From: Chloroflexota bacterium
Lineage (GTDB): Bacteria > Chloroflexota > Dehalococcoidia > Dehalococcoidales > UBA2162
NCBI GenBank assembly: GCA_016190895.1
Contig: JACPPR010000096.1
Span: 1,625 to 65,624, forward strand
DNA: 64,000 bases
Reading direction: 5' to 3'
This document shows, piece by piece, positions 24,150-33,568 of this stretch. A program made the position numbers and the translations under genes. Position 1 is the first letter of the stretch, and every line of letters starts with the position of its first letter. A model generated the notes under the pieces. It searched no databases. It worked only from the letters and a program-made list of their open reading frames with translations, and was not told the DNA's origin.

Positions 24150-25372
24150 ACGCAGTAAAAACAATCGATGTTAAAGGGTTGCCCCACGCTCAGAGGGAAG
24201 AGATGATTTTCCCCGGTATCGAGGCGCTTAAGCCCGGTGAGACGGCCCGCCTTGTCGTTGAATTCAATCCGGTGCCGCTAGTCTTCTTGTTAAAGGCGGA
24301 AAAAGAGCTTGAGGTTGCCTATGAAAAAGAGGGGCCGGATGAATGGATTCTGCGGGTAACCAAGCAAGCTAAGAAAAAGGAAGAAGATAAGAAAGCGCAG
24401 TTCAGGGAATTGCTGGCCGAACTAGGAGAACCTCAGCTTTCCGACGCAGCCAAAGAGAAAGCCCGCACGCTGCTTCAGGAAGTCGATGCCAAAACCCTGG
24501 GTATCCTGGAGCAGGAACTAATCAGGGAAGGGGTTCCCCACGAGACAATCAGAAAGAGCCTGTGCGATATCCACCTCGAGGTGATGCGTGACAGCCTGGT
24601 CGCCCAGAGAAAAGAGGTTTCGGCGCCGCACCCTGTGCACACCTTCATGCAGGAGCACGAACACATCGTCGCCTCACTTAAAGACCTGGATGCCCTGGTG
24701 AAGCGGCTTCAGAGCAAGAATAGCTATGGAGCTATGGGGGAAGACCTGGAGAAACTCAAGGACATCGCCCACCACTTGGTCGAGGCGGAAAGCCATCACC
24801 GGAGAGAAGAAGAGGTGCTCTTCCCTGAAATGGAGAAGCACGATATCACCGAACCTCCGGAGATTATGAGGCTGGACCATATCGAGTTCAGAAAGAGAAA
24901 ACAGGCGCTCTATCAGATAGCCCATAACTCTACTGATTACGCCTTCCCTGAGTTCAAGGCGAGGGTGACCGAATATGGTCTATACTTGACCAAAGAGCTG
25001 GAGAGCCATATTTTCAAGGAAGATAACATCCTTTACCAGATTGCCCTCCAGGTGCTGACTCCCGAGGACTGGGCGAAGGTGAAGGAAGAATGCGATAAGG
25101 TCGGCTACTGCTGTTTTACCCCTGAAGACTATAAAATGGAGGAAGCAAAGATGGTTGAGCTCGATTTAAGACAAATTATGCCCTTCGAAAGGCACGAACT
25201 GATATTCCAGAAATGGGATGCCCTGAAACCTGGTGATACCCTGAAAATCATCAACGACCATGACCCCAAGCCCTTGCGCTATCAGTTTGAGGTAGAATAT
25301 AAAGGGCAGTACGAGTGGCAGTATGACCAGCAGGGACCGAAAGACTGGATCGTCAGCATTAAGAGAGTTTAA
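24146..25372 (+). CDS. DUF2249 / DUF438 / hemerythrin-domain protein
   Basis: RBS AAGGAGG with ATGA overlap of the previous gene. Central HHRREEEVLFPEMEKH...HIFKEDNILY. Similar DUF2249-like ends (PGETARLVVEFNP / PGDTLKIINDHDP). Confidence 0.7.
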   Translation: MNAVKTIDVKGLPHAQREEMIFPGIEALKPGETARLVVEFNPVPLVFLLKAEKELEVAYEKEGPDEWILRVTKQAKKKEEDKKAQFRELLAELGEPQLSDAAKEKARTLLQEVDAKTLGILEQELIREGVPHETIRKSLCDIHLEVMRDSLVAQRKEVSAPHPVHTFMQEHEHIVASLKDLDALVKRLQSKNSYGAMGEDLEKLKDIAHHLVEAESHHRREEEVLFPEMEKHDITEPPEIMRLDHIEFRKRKQALYQIAHNSTDYAFPEFKARVTEYGLYLTKELESHIFKEDNILYQIALQVLTPEDWAKVKEECDKVGYCCFTPEDYKMEEAKMVELDLRQIMPFERHELIFQKWDALKPGDTLKIINDHDPKPLRYQFEVEYKGQYEWQYDQQGPKDWIVSIKRV

Positions 25373-25384
25373 GACGGAGGCATC

Positions 25385-26434
25385 ATGATAGGCACGAAGA
25401 AACCAACTCAGCTATTAAAAGACGAGCATCAGGCGGTACTCCAGAAACTGACCGCCCTGGAGAAGGTTTTCGGTCGGCTGGATGAGAAAGAGGCAATCTC
25501 GGCGGAATTGAAGGAACTGACATCCTTTTTCAAGACTGAATTCTGGGTGCACTTTACCAAGGAAGAGGAGGCGCTCTTCCCTGAAATCGAGACCTTCCTC
25601 TTCCTGCCCAGGGATGCCGGGCCGCTCGGTGTCATGCTCATGGAACACGAGGACCTGCGGAAAACCAACGACGTGATTCAGAAAGCGACGGCCGAGTACC
25701 TGGCTGGTTCCTCCGGCGAAGCAACCAAAAAGACGCTCCGGGAACAGGGGTCTCACTTTATCAACGTCCTGAGAGACCACATCAACAAGGAAGACAACAT
25801 CCTGTTTATGATGGCGGACATGCACCTAAGCCAGCAGCAGATTGATAAGGTCGCCAAGCTTTTTCTGGATATAGAAGGCGGGCACAAGGCGGAAGGAGCG
25901 AAAGAAAACCCGGTAATCGAGGCGCTCCGCGCCAGGCGCAGCTGTAAAGATTTTCTTGGTACTCCGGTACCCACTGAGATACTGACGGAATTAGTCGACG
26001 TCGCCCGCTATTCGCCTTCGGGCGCCAATAAAAATACCTGGCGTTTTATCATCGTCACAGAGCGCCAGGACCTCAACCGCTTAAGTGAAATCGCCCGCAC
26101 CTGTTCCTGGTTAGCCTCAGCACAAGCAGCCATCGCCGTGATAGTGGACCCCGCCTCGACACGCTACTGGTTGGAGGACTGCTCGGTAGCTGCCTATGCG
26201 ATATGGTTGGCGGGTGAGGCGCGCGGACTGGGTGTTGCTTGGGCAGCCATGCATCAGAGTGATAACTCTGAGGAAAGCGCTCGCCGGCAGAAGTGCGTTA
26301 GAGACGTGCTGGGCCTGCCCGAGGCGCTCTACACTCCTATGGTGCTGGGACTGGGTTACCGCAAATCCCAGCCTCCGGACAAAAAGCGGCCAAATCTGGA
26401 AGATATAATTGCCTGGGGAAAGTACCCTGGCTGA
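25385..26434 (+). CDS. hemerythrin domain - nitroreductase domain fusion protein
   Basis: N-terminal LLKDEHQAVL...HFTKEEEALFP...HINKEDNILF. C-terminal RRSCKDF...ARYSPSGANKNTWRFIIV. Confidence 0.8.
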   Translation: MIGTKKPTQLLKDEHQAVLQKLTALEKVFGRLDEKEAISAELKELTSFFKTEFWVHFTKEEEALFPEIETFLFLPRDAGPLGVMLMEHEDLRKTNDVIQKATAEYLAGSSGEATKKTLREQGSHFINVLRDHINKEDNILFMMADMHLSQQQIDKVAKLFLDIEGGHKAEGAKENPVIEALRARRSCKDFLGTPVPTEILTELVDVARYSPSGANKNTWRFIIVTERQDLNRLSEIARTCSWLASAQAAIAVIVDPASTRYWLEDCSVAAYAIWLAGEARGLGVAWAAMHQSDNSEESARRQKCVRDVLGLPEALYTPMVLGLGYRKSQPPDKKRPNLEDIIAWGKYPG

Positions 26435-26475
26435 GGTAACAAATTAAGCTGTAGAGGAATCAAGGGAGGAGCTCT

Positions 26476-26970
26476 ATGATAGATACGAAAAAACCTACCC
26501 AGCTATTAAAAGAAGAACACCAGGCGGTGCTGCAAAAGCTGACAGCTATGGAGAGGATTTTCGGCCGGCTGGATAGGAAGGATGAAGTTTCGGCTGAATT
26601 GAAAGAGTTGGCGGCTTTTTTCGAGACTGAGTTCTGGACGCATTTCGATAAAGAGGAAAAGGCACTCTTTCCTGAATTCGATAATTTTATGCCGCGAGGC
26701 GCCGGCCCAATCGCCGTGATGCTGCAAGAGCACATAGTGCTGAGGGACACCAATGATGTAATGCAGGAGGCCATCGCCCGGTATCTTAACGGTGATAACG
26801 ATGCCGAAACTAAACGAACGATTAGCCAGAACGGAAGCCATTTCATCGATTTCTTAAGGCAACACATCAACAAAGAAGATGGCATTCTTTTCAGGATGAC
26901 GGACATGCATCTCAACCAGGCGCAAAATGAGAAAGTCGCCCGGCTGTTCCGGGAGATGGATAAGCGTTAG
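26476..26970 (+). CDS. hemerythrin domain protein (paralogue of the N-terminal half of 25385..26434)
   Basis: MIDTKKPTQLLKEEHQAVLQKL...HFDKEEKALFP...HINKEDGILF. Confidence 0.8.
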   Translation: MIDTKKPTQLLKEEHQAVLQKLTAMERIFGRLDRKDEVSAELKELAAFFETEFWTHFDKEEKALFPEFDNFMPRGAGPIAVMLQEHIVLRDTNDVMQEAIARYLNGDNDAETKRTISQNGSHFIDFLRQHINKEDGILFRMTDMHLNQAQNEKVARLFREMDKR

Positions 26971-26988
26971 GGAAAGGGAGTTAGCAGA

Positions 26989-27387
26989 ATGGTGAATGGA
27001 ATGGATACCGAACGGATACTGGAAGAGGAGATAACTGCCTCTCTCATCGAGGGCAGATTGCCCTGCCCGATAGCTTTCAAAGTGGCCAGAAAATTGGATA
27101 TCACCCCGAAATCGGTCGGCGAGAAAACCGATGAGTTAGGGATAAGGATAATTGATTGCCAGTTGGGTTGCTTCGGCGTAAAAAAAGCCACCCACGACGA
27201 CTTGAAAGGCGCGCCGCTGGATGCCAACATGGCTGGGGCCATTCAATCTACTCAGGTCAATGGGCAGATGCCCTGTGAAGCAGCCTGGGAAATAGCCCGG
27301 CAATTCAAGGTAAGCCGTAAAAAAATCGGCGATACGGCTACCCAGCTAAAGATAATGCTGGTCGATTGCCAGCTTGGCTGCTTCTGA
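26989..27387 (+). CDS. hypothetical protein with an internal tandem duplication ending in DCQLGCF
   Basis: Two ~60-aa repeats, each ...PC..A..IAR....(S/T).K..G....L.I...DCQLGCF. Confidence 0.6.
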   Translation: MVNGMDTERILEEEITASLIEGRLPCPIAFKVARKLDITPKSVGEKTDELGIRIIDCQLGCFGVKKATHDDLKGAPLDANMAGAIQSTQVNGQMPCEAAWEIARQFKVSRKKIGDTATQLKIMLVDCQLGCF

Positions 27388-27439
27388 TTAATCTGCCGAA
27401 GAATTGACAAAAAGAGGCTAAAACCTGTAGCCTTTATTC

Positions 27440-27862
27440 ATGACAAATGACTTCTCAGAAACAGAACTGGTAACAATCAGCCTGCACAGTGGGAGCTATG
27501 ACAGGGTAACGAATGCCCTGTCACTATCGATTATCTGCTTGGCGATGGGTATGGATGTAACTATTCTGCTTACTTACGAGGCGCTCAGGCGGTTTGTCAA
27601 AGGGCACCTGGAGGATATGGAAGGGACGGATGATGAGTTCCAGAATTTGTTTCATGACGGCATCGAAAGAGGCTCCATAACCTCTATCGAGGGCAAGCTG
27701 ACTGAAGCTAAGAACCTGGGACTGAAGTTGTATGCCTGTCCTAGCGCTATGGCCACTATGAACATCGTCCGGCAGGACCTGGTTGATGAAGTAGATGACC
27801 TGATGGGACTGGCGACCTTCATCGGTCTGGCCCGGACAGCCAAGATAAACTGGTACATCTGA
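27440..27862 (+). CDS. DsrE/DsrF-like family protein
   Basis: 140 aa. LKLYACPSAMATM is typical of DsrE-like sulfur-relay / peroxiredoxin-like folds. Confidence 0.6.
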   Translation: MTNDFSETELVTISLHSGSYDRVTNALSLSIICLAMGMDVTILLTYEALRRFVKGHLEDMEGTDDEFQNLFHDGIERGSITSIEGKLTEAKNLGLKLYACPSAMATMNIVRQDLVDEVDDLMGLATFIGLARTAKINWYI

Positions 27863-27880
27863 CCCGCGAGGCGAAACCGC

Positions 27881-28261
27881 GTGCTGAGGGTAAAGAGGGT
27901 CTACGAAGGTAAGCAGGCTGATGACGGAACAAGGCTGCTTGTCGATAGGCTATGGCCCCGGGGACTGAGCAAGGGAGAAGCCGGTATCGATGAGTGGCTG
28001 AAGGATTTAGCTCCTAGCGATGAGTTACGTCGCTGGTTTGCTCATGAGCCGGAAAAATGGCCGGAGTTCAGGAAGAGGTATCTGGAAGAACTGTCGGTTC
28101 CAGAGAAAACCGAAGCCCTGAAGCGGATTGCCCGTATGGTAGCAGAGGGAGGAGTTACCCTGCTCTATGCGGCCAAAGATACCGAGCGTAATAATGCCAG
28201 GGTGCTGGCGGATGTCGTCACCGGATTTAGGGAGAATTCGCAACGAAAAGGTGGACGGTAG
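27881..28261 (+). CDS. DUF488 (YeaO-like) protein
   Basis: KRVYE...DGTRLLVDRLWPRGLSK...LLYAAKDTERNNARVLADV is colinear with E. coli YeaO as I recall it. Confidence 0.8.
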   Translation: MLRVKRVYEGKQADDGTRLLVDRLWPRGLSKGEAGIDEWLKDLAPSDELRRWFAHEPEKWPEFRKRYLEELSVPEKTEALKRIARMVAEGGVTLLYAAKDTERNNARVLADVVTGFRENSQRKGGR

Positions 28262-28267
28262 CCGAGA

Positions 28268-28642
28268 ATGGCTGTGCTCTACGATAAACTAACCGCTAAA
28301 AAAGAGAAAGACATCAGAATCCTGGCCGATTTCATTTCGATTTTCTGCCGGGAAAAACATCCTGACGCTGAAAAAAGTCCCTTCGCCATGAGAGACGCCA
28401 GGCTTGAGCGCAGCTTCGATGGGAAAGAAGTGATACTCTGCCAGGATTGTCAGAAACTGCTGAATCACGGCATAGCCAAACGGCTCCAATGCACCTTAGA
28501 CCCCAAGCCGATGTGCAAGAGATGCCGGATTCACTGTTACGCTCCTGGCTACCGGGATAGGATTCGAGAGGTGATGAGATTCTCCGGGTTATATCTGGTG
28601 ACGCACGGCCGGTTTGATTTCTTGTTTCATTATTTCTTTTAA
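28268..28642 (+). CDS. nitrous-oxide-stimulated promoter (YgbA-like) family protein
   Basis: Cys pattern CQDC...CKRCRIHCYAPGYRDRIREVMRFSG resembles YgbA. Confidence 0.7.
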   Translation: MAVLYDKLTAKKEKDIRILADFISIFCREKHPDAEKSPFAMRDARLERSFDGKEVILCQDCQKLLNHGIAKRLQCTLDPKPMCKRCRIHCYAPGYRDRIREVMRFSGLYLVTHGRFDFLFHYFF

Positions 28643-28688
28643 GGCTGGTAAGAGATTGGCAGCGACTAAAGAAGAACTCATTCAAGCG

Positions 28689-29153
28689 ATGGAGAACTAC
28701 TTCGGGGAGGATGCGAGGAGAATAAACCACGCCCGCCGGGTGACGGCCTATGCCGAGCAGCTTATGACAACGGAAGGGGGAGACTATCCTGTAGTCATCG
28801 GGGCGGCCGTGCTCCATGATATTGGCATTCACCAGGCAGAAAAGAAGTACGGCAGTCCCAGCGGCAGGTATCAGGAGATAGAAGGACCACCCATCGCCCG
28901 CGAAATCTTGACCAGGTTAAGGTTCGGGCAAAACCAGATTGACGAGATTTGCGAGATTATTGCCCACCACCACAGCCCGGGCAAGATAAAGACAAAGAAC
29001 TTCGGCATCCTCTATGATGCCGATTGGCTGGTCAACCTGAAAGATGAGTACGATATTCAGGACAGGGAGAAACTGGGCAATATCATCGACCGCGTGTTTC
29101 TGACGGAGAGCGGGCGTTCGCTAGCCCGCCGGACGTATCTTACGCAGAGCTAG
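28689..29153 (+). CDS. HD-domain phosphohydrolase
   Basis: AAVLHDIG...IIAHHHSPG...LYDADWL. The start is uncertain: the ORF is open from 28614 and TTG 28656 is also possible. Confidence 0.7.
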   Translation: MENYFGEDARRINHARRVTAYAEQLMTTEGGDYPVVIGAAVLHDIGIHQAEKKYGSPSGRYQEIEGPPIAREILTRLRFGQNQIDEICEIIAHHHSPGKIKTKNFGILYDADWLVNLKDEYDIQDREKLGNIIDRVFLTESGRSLARRTYLTQS

Positions 29154-29263
29154 GCTGGTTAGCAGTAGTCAGTTCCCTTGGCGGGAAAGGGCTTCAAAAT
29201 AATTCCCTCTCCCTTGACGGGAGAGGAGAGAATGCAAAAGTAAGTCTAGCAACAATGTGCGAG

Positions 29264-29767
29264 TTATTTGATTGCAACCAGCTTGAGTTCGAATGTCAGG
29301 TCTTTACCAGCCAGGGGATGGTTAGCGTCTACCGTTACTGTCGTTCCAGAAACGTCCGTAATGGTGACTGTGATGGGTCTGCCATCATCGCCCATTCCCT
29401 GCAGTTTTTGGCCCACCTTCGGTGTCAGCCCTTCGGGTAAATCGCTCATCGGTACTACCATGACCAATTCATCGTTGTGCTGTCCGTAGGCGTCGGCAGC
29501 GGGAATGGTCACCGTTTTAGAGTCCCCGACTTTCATCCCGGTGACCGCCTGGTCGAACCCCGGAATCACCTGTCCGGACCCGACAGTGAACTCAAGCGGT
29601 TGTTTACCGACTGAGCTATCGAACACGGTGCCATCATTTAATTTCCCGGTGTACTCCACTTGCACGGTATTACCACTCTCCGCTCGCGGTACGGCGCCGC
29701 ATCCCGAGAACAGAATAATGCCTCCCAGAAACAGACTCCCAAGCAGAAGAACGTAATTCCTTTTCAC
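29264..29767 (-). CDS. FKBP-type peptidyl-prolyl isomerase (SlyD-like), lipoprotein
   Basis: Lipobox LFSGC. VQVEYTGKLNDGTVFDSS...VIPGFDQAV...HPLAGKDLTFELKL. Confidence 0.85.
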   Translation of the reverse strand: MKRNYVLLLGSLFLGGIILFSGCGAVPRAESGNTVQVEYTGKLNDGTVFDSSVGKQPLEFTVGSGQVIPGFDQAVTGMKVGDSKTVTIPAADAYGQHNDELVMVVPMSDLPEGLTPKVGQKLQGMGDDGRPITVTITDVSGTTVTVDANHPLAGKDLTFELKLVAIK

Positions 29768-29922
29768 AAACCCTCCCGACTTCAGTCTCAGTTCATTCTA
29801 CACCGTCTGCTTATGGGCTGACAAATGTCTGTCCTCGCTACTCTTGCTAACAATCAGCTACTGTGTAATACTTAACCAATAAGGATTACGGTTCAACCAG
29901 CAAGGGGGCGAGTAACAGAGAT

Positions 29923-32343
29923 ATGAGTTCCAACCAGCCTAAAACAAGTAGAGCTAACAGAGGGAGGCCGGCCGTTGCGGTGAGGGCATCAGCGACAGCA
30001 GCCAAAAAGGCGAGCGTGAGTAGACCGGCCGGGAGCAAAATTAAGCCGGGACTGATTACTGCGGCAATACTGACTCTTTTCATTGCTGTTGCCCTATTCC
30101 TCCGGGCCTACCTGCCTTACGATAAAGTCTTTACGCCTCTCGGGATAAAATTCACCAGCAACGATTCCTATTTCTTTCTGCGGTTGGTTGACAACCTTAT
30201 CCACAATTTTCCCCAGCACACGCATATCGACCCTTATCTCATCTACCCCGGAGCTTCAGGTGAAATCGTCATTAACTTCTTCGTCTGGCTAATTAGCGTG
30301 CCCGCCTGGATGGCTAATTTTGTCTGGCCAGGCCAGCATACCATCGATACGGTCGCCGCCTTTATGCCGGCGGTGCTGGGGGCTCTTACGGTTATCCCTG
30401 TTTACTTCATCGGCAAAGAGCTATTCGGCCGCTGGGCCGGCGTGCTCTCGGCCGGTCTCATTGCCATATTACCCGGCGAATTTCTGGGGCGGTCTATATT
30501 AGGTTTTACCGATAACCATGTTGCCGAGACGCTGCTAACCACGGTGAGCATAATGTTTTTGATTTTGGCTATCAAGGTGGCAAGCCAGCGGCAGCTAACT
30601 CTCGGACATCTTAAATCTCGCGATTGGGCAACCATTAAAAAACCTCTTGTCTACAGTCTGCTCGCCGCACTTTTCCTGGGTCTCTACATGGCTGCCTGGT
30701 TAGGAGCGCTGCTTTTCGTCTTTATCACCTTCGTTTATTTTGTGGTTCAGTTCATCTCCGACCATCTGAGGCGTAAATCTACCGACTATCTCTCTTTTGT
30801 GGGTGTTATTTTCTTCTCGGTTGCTCTGCTGGCGGCTTTGATGATTTCTTCGAGTCAGCTCTATCTGGCTTCATTGTTTATCGCCGTACTGGCGATTGTG
30901 GTCTTGAACGTCATCTCCAGGGTGATGGCGGGCAGAAGCATGAAACCCATTTACTATCCGGTGGCTTTGCTGGGGATGGCGGCGGTTGGGGGTGGTCTTG
31001 TCTTCCTGGCCAACCGTTCCATCTTCAACTCAATGGTGGGCGCCTTCAGTATTTTCAAGCCGGTGGGCGCTCAACTAACAACCATCGAGATGCAACCGCT
31101 CATCAGCCGCATCTACGGTAATCCGCTGGCGATTGCCTGGGGCAATTTCAATGTTAGCTTCTTCCTCAGCTTTATCTCGTTGGCCGTGCTTATCTATGTC
31201 CTCGTCAGATACGGTAGCGCCGAGAAGGGTCTGCTGGTGGTATGGAGTCTGATAATTCTGGGGGCTACTCTCGGGCAGCGGCGCTTCGGCTACTATTTAG
31301 CCGTGAACGTGGCGCTCTTGACAGGTTATCTCAGCTGGAAAGCTCTCGAGCTGGCCGGTTTTAAGGAACTGAGCGCCGGCATAGCCGGAGCATCCGGGGG
31401 GGTAGCTGGCAGGAGAGCTAGACGCGGCACTCCAGCTGCCGCAAACTACTTCGTTATGGTAATAGCGGTGCTGATTATCTTCTTCGGAGTCTTCTTCTGG
31501 AATATCCAGCCGGCCGTTGTCGTGGCCAGCGCCACGCCCTACGCTCCGAGTGATGCCTGGGTTAGCTCGCTTACCTGGTTGAAGGATAATAGTCCCGAGC
31601 CTCTCGGCATCGCCGATGCCTATTATCAAAACTATCCCTCACTGGCACCGGGGCAAAGTTATTATCCGTTCCCGGAATCTGCCTATGGAGTCCTTGCCTG
31701 GTGGGATTATGGCTACTGGATTACCCGCATTGCCCACCGCATCCCCAATGCCAACCCCAGTCAAGACCCTGTGTCTAATAAGGCCGTGGCTACATTTTTT
31801 ACTTCACAGAACGAGACGGCAGCCGGCGAAGTAAGACAGACGCTAGGCTCGGCCTACATCGTTATCGACCATGAGACGACTCTCAGCAAGTTCTGGGCAA
31901 TTGTTACCTGGGCAGGGAAAAACCAGACAGACTTCTTCGATACTTTCCTGGTGCCCCAGCAAAATAATACGTTCAGGCAGGCTATACTCTACTATCCTGA
32001 GTATTACCGCTCGATGGCGGTCAGGCTGTTTAATTTCGATGGTAAAGCAACGGCTCCTGACAGCCCGCTGGTAGTAACCTATACCGAAAATAAGGATGAA
32101 GCCGGTAATCCCTACAAAGTCATTACCGCCGCTCGGGAGTTCACTACAATCGAGGAGGCAGAAGCCTACCTGGCAAGCTTGCCGGCTGGTAATAGCAGGA
32201 TAGTCGGCAGTCACCCCCTGAAAAGTCCGATGCCCCTGGAGGCTATCGAACACTACAAGCTGGTTCATAACTCGGAGCAAACGCTAACTCTGCAGGACGG
32301 GACGAACCTGCCTTCCATCAAAATCTTTCAATACGAAAAATAG
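29923..32343 (+). CDS. STT3/AglB-type oligosaccharyltransferase
   Basis: 806 aa, multi-pass membrane N-terminal part. NDSYFFLR and FTDNH loops. Canonical WWDYGYW motif (VLAWWDYGYWITR). Confidence 0.85.
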   Translation: MSSNQPKTSRANRGRPAVAVRASATAAKKASVSRPAGSKIKPGLITAAILTLFIAVALFLRAYLPYDKVFTPLGIKFTSNDSYFFLRLVDNLIHNFPQHTHIDPYLIYPGASGEIVINFFVWLISVPAWMANFVWPGQHTIDTVAAFMPAVLGALTVIPVYFIGKELFGRWAGVLSAGLIAILPGEFLGRSILGFTDNHVAETLLTTVSIMFLILAIKVASQRQLTLGHLKSRDWATIKKPLVYSLLAALFLGLYMAAWLGALLFVFITFVYFVVQFISDHLRRKSTDYLSFVGVIFFSVALLAALMISSSQLYLASLFIAVLAIVVLNVISRVMAGRSMKPIYYPVALLGMAAVGGGLVFLANRSIFNSMVGAFSIFKPVGAQLTTIEMQPLISRIYGNPLAIAWGNFNVSFFLSFISLAVLIYVLVRYGSAEKGLLVVWSLIILGATLGQRRFGYYLAVNVALLTGYLSWKALELAGFKELSAGIAGASGGVAGRRARRGTPAAANYFVMVIAVLIIFFGVFFWNIQPAVVVASATPYAPSDAWVSSLTWLKDNSPEPLGIADAYYQNYPSLAPGQSYYPFPESAYGVLAWWDYGYWITRIAHRIPNANPSQDPVSNKAVATFFTSQNETAAGEVRQTLGSAYIVIDHETTLSKFWAIVTWAGKNQTDFFDTFLVPQQNNTFRQAILYYPEYYRSMAVRLFNFDGKATAPDSPLVVTYTENKDEAGNPYKVITAAREFTTIEEAEAYLASLPAGNSRIVGSHPLKSPMPLEAIEHYKLVHNSEQTLTLQDGTNLPSIKIFQYEK

Positions 32344-32390
32344 CTTGTAGTGTCTAGTAACACGAACTTCCATTCGAGGGCGTTTAATAA

Positions 32391-32492
32391 TGTCATTCTC
32401 CGGGCTTGACCGGAGAATCCACAATCTCCCGTTCTTATGGATTCCCCGCCGGAGTTTACCCCGTGCTGCGACACGGGGCGGTGAATGACAGG
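32391..32492. repeat. GC-rich intergenic hairpin cluster
   Basis: gtcattctccgg-gcttga-ccggagaatcc, ggattccccgcc... and ccccgtgctgcgacacgggg, then gtgaatgaca. Confidence 0.6.
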
Positions 32493-32565
32493 GCGTTGTT
32501 AAACACTCTCAGAGCTTCGGCAGTTTGATACCAGAAAGCTAAAGTGCTAAACTGGTATCAGACTT

Positions 32566-33546
32566 ATGAGCTATAGTATTACTCAGGAGAGTTTCGATAG
32601 TTTATCTTCCTGCTGGGACGACCCTCCATGTTGCTCCGGCTGGAGTTCCGTTTTCGTTTTGCCCGCCTGGCTTAAACTCTGGTGGCAGGAGTTCAAGCCT
32701 GAAGCTGAACTATATCTAGGGGCGGTGAGACGGGAAGGACAAATAATCGGTGTGGCTCCCCTTCAGATACTGGAAAATAAGGCATCTTTTATCGGCAGCG
32801 CCGATGTCTGCGATTATCTCGACTTTGTCATTACTCCCGGCGCGGAAAGCGATTTTTTCAAAGTCGTTCTCGATGATTTGAAGCAAAGGGGTGTCCGCCA
32901 TCTGGACTTGCAGTGTCTGCGCCCTGAATCTACGGTACTCACCAGCCTGGCCGGTATCGCCCGGAACCGGGAATATGAAGTTGTCTGTCAGCCTGAGGAT
33001 GTATCGGTAGAATTGGATTTGCCGGCCACCTTCGACGAGTATCTGGAAATATTGGAGACCAAGCAGCGCCACGAGGTTAAGCGCAAGCTGAGGAGATTAT
33101 TGGAAGCGGGAAAGGTGGATTTCCGCATCATCGAGGATAGCGCTGAAGTCAATAAGGCTATGGATATTTTCCTCAAGATGTTCACCGAGAGCCGGTCCGA
33201 TAAAGCTGCATTCCTGACCAGCCAGAAGGAATCCTTTTTCAGGTCGCTTGCCGGTACTATGACAGGTATAAAGTTGCTCAAAATGGGCATTCTCGAGTTG
33301 GACACCCGGCCCACGGCAATGATTCTCTATTTTGATTACGGCGGAAGCACTTATCTTTACAACAGTGGTTACGACCCGCAATATACATCTCTGAGCGTGG
33401 GGCTAATGAGCAAAGTCCTTTGTATTCAGGAATGTATTAACAAAGGGAAGAAAAAGTATGACTTTCTGAAGGGTAACGAGGTCTATAAATATCACCTGGG
33501 TGGGAAAGAGGTTACCCTTTCGAACTGTCAGATAACTTTCAAGTAG
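32566..33546 (+). CDS. GNAT/FemAB-like acyltransferase (CelD/BioF2-like family)
   Basis: 326 aa. The KQRHEVKRKLRRL...YLYNSGYDP...YDFLKGNEVYKYHLG pattern is typical of this family. Confidence 0.6.
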   Translation: MSYSITQESFDSLSSCWDDPPCCSGWSSVFVLPAWLKLWWQEFKPEAELYLGAVRREGQIIGVAPLQILENKASFIGSADVCDYLDFVITPGAESDFFKVVLDDLKQRGVRHLDLQCLRPESTVLTSLAGIARNREYEVVCQPEDVSVELDLPATFDEYLEILETKQRHEVKRKLRRLLEAGKVDFRIIEDSAEVNKAMDIFLKMFTESRSDKAAFLTSQKESFFRSLAGTMTGIKLLKMGILELDTRPTAMILYFDYGGSTYLYNSGYDPQYTSLSVGLMSKVLCIQECINKGKKKYDFLKGNEVYKYHLGGKEVTLSNCQITFK

Positions 33547-33568
33547 TCCCGGAGAGGTAGGACGCCCG

